DNA of 64,000 bases. Source: Chrysomallon squamiferum. Lineage: Eukaryota > Animalia > Mollusca. Under the pieces are notes generated by a model that was not told the DNA's origin, ran no database searches, and saw only the letters and a list, made by a program, of their open reading frames with translations. Made by a program: the position numbers and the translations under genes. The stretch is from contig CM022671.1 of assembly GCA_012295275.1 (NCBI GenBank), forward strand, positions 27,590,001 to 27,654,000, read 5' to 3'. Shown here piece by piece: positions 51,346-64,000 of the stretch. Positions within the stretch are counted from its first letter, which is position 1. Each line of letters starts with the position of its first letter.

Positions 51346-52593
51346 GACAGTTTTCTTCACTCTTCCTTTTCGTCGCGTATTTAATATTTAGACGTACTGA
51401 GATTCATATGTCACAGGAAGAATAACACAGCTGATACGAATTACGAAACATGAAATATATCGGTAAGAAAAGAAAAACGAGACTACGTAAAATATTCAGT
51501 TCATCGATGCTTGTCCAGGTCGCATAACTGTTTTGGTTAGACTGACACGGCTGTAAATTACTTGCTGACCCAGAATCTTCCATATTCCGAGCTAATTTCC
51601 AACATCGTATAAGAATATTAACACGAAAATCAATTAATTACAATCCATCTGCTCCTTTTATATCCCCCTCCACACAAAAGCGTAGATCGTGCTTAGTCTT
51701 AGTTGTTATGTGACCACTTTTATCGTTCACGCAGCTAGTAAATAAAACACCATAACCTTATTTGAAAGCAAAAGGTGACTTATCTATATATAGATGCAAA
51801 TACACGACGTCAAGTCTTTTCGTGTTTATTACGAACAGTCGTCATTATTTTCCTCTGCTGCACGTATTTTATGCGTAAATGAATGAATTGAGAAAAGAAA
51901 CGTAAGTCTAGACTCGAATCGATTATTACAGTATTTATTCAATAGGTTCCGCAGTGCATCAATTGCGCATGCGTTTGTCGAAAGATTACAGAAGAAAAAT
52001 TACTTTTATCTTGATATTTAATCCCCGAAGAAGTCTTTTGGTTAAGTGCAAACGAACAGGCGACTTTAGTATGAATATTAACAATACACTTAATTATACT
52101 GTGCACCTAGATTAAAATTTTATTAACACAATATCAGTGATATAATATAATTTTATTTCTCTAGCATTTTATTAATATTAACTTTAATAAAACGTAGAAC
52201 AATACGCAATAAAAATTAAGAGGTATTTCGTGCAACGAGAACCCCTACCCATAGAACGGAGAATGTGGTTATGATGGAAAGTCGTATCGAATGCCCACCT
52301 GTTCAAATCTTATTCAAACCCTGTACAGTGAGAGCATTACTAACAAGCATTGTTTCTCCAGAACAGACGTATTGCAAGTTGAGACGAATCCTCAATATTA
52401 AAACACCGAAATATTAATGAAACCCTTAAAGATTATAGATAAATAAAATTTTTTTTCTTATTTTTACTACTACTACTACTACTAATAATAATAATAATCT
52501 GTAATTAAGATATTAAGAAATGTCTATCCGTGGTTTATTTAATATTCGTCCCGGATTCATGTTTTTACATCGTCAAAAAGGAATCAGGTAATA

Positions 52594-52613
52594 TTCCGGT
52601 TCCGGTTCCGGTT
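52594..52613. promoter_or_regulatory. Triple TTCCGG (ETS/GABP-like) motif upstream of the VMP1 first exon
   Basis: ttccggttccggttccggtt lies ~70 bp before ATG 52680 in a CpG-retaining region. Confidence 0.5.
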
Positions 52614-52679
52614 AAAACATTTATTGGACACGTTTGTTAAGTATGTAAATATATTCTTTATATTTTTTACACTGATAAA

Positions 52680-63747
<11,068 letters not shown>

Positions 63748-64000
63748 CTACCTTAACAGTCCATAGATTGAAGCTGAACAGTAACTCTTTATCAAATGCA
63801 TGCAATCTATTTTTAAAATGTTTACAACAATTAGTTGACGTGCCTTTGATAATAGGCTGGAAAAGTCTTTTTAAAAAGTGATAGCTATTTTTCTTAAATT
63901 ATTTTCTTTTATCTGTTATTTACATATATATGTGTGTGTGTGTTTGTGTGTGTGTGTGTATATATATATATATTTTATTTTTCAGTTATATTTCTATGTT

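Noticed and set aside
51346-51360. GTG start for the TRIM ORF given in the ORF track
   Set aside because: Eukaryotic gene; the in-frame ATG at 51345 precedes the RING domain.

Overview
AT-rich, intron-dense animal genomic DNA (invertebrate; mollusc-like by inference). I assembled eight protein-coding genes by hand from GT-AG exons: ZNHIT3 (+), MRPL57 (-) head-to-head with MRPL44 (+), GUSB (-, 12 exons), an unrecognised ~1077-aa gene (-, 20 coding exons), SETD1 (+), an intronless RING/B-box/coiled-coil/NHL-like TRIM gene (-) and VMP1 (+). There are two main findings. (1) Introns of the unrecognised gene hold nine copies of a box C/D snoRNA (SNORD31/U31/snR67 family, guide for the 28S P-loop Gm2251 equivalent). 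Five sit in one 2.6-kb intron, interleaved with short frame-disrupting exon-like cassettes. (2) An upstream SAP-motif exon splices in frame onto VMP1, predicting a SAP-VMP1 protein. Also present: a FLYWCH-bearing Mutator-like relic, a Tigger4-like pogo fragment, and three 1-2 nt frameshifts (GUSB, host gene, VMP1) that may be assembly errors. Family assignments are from recalled motifs; no search was run.
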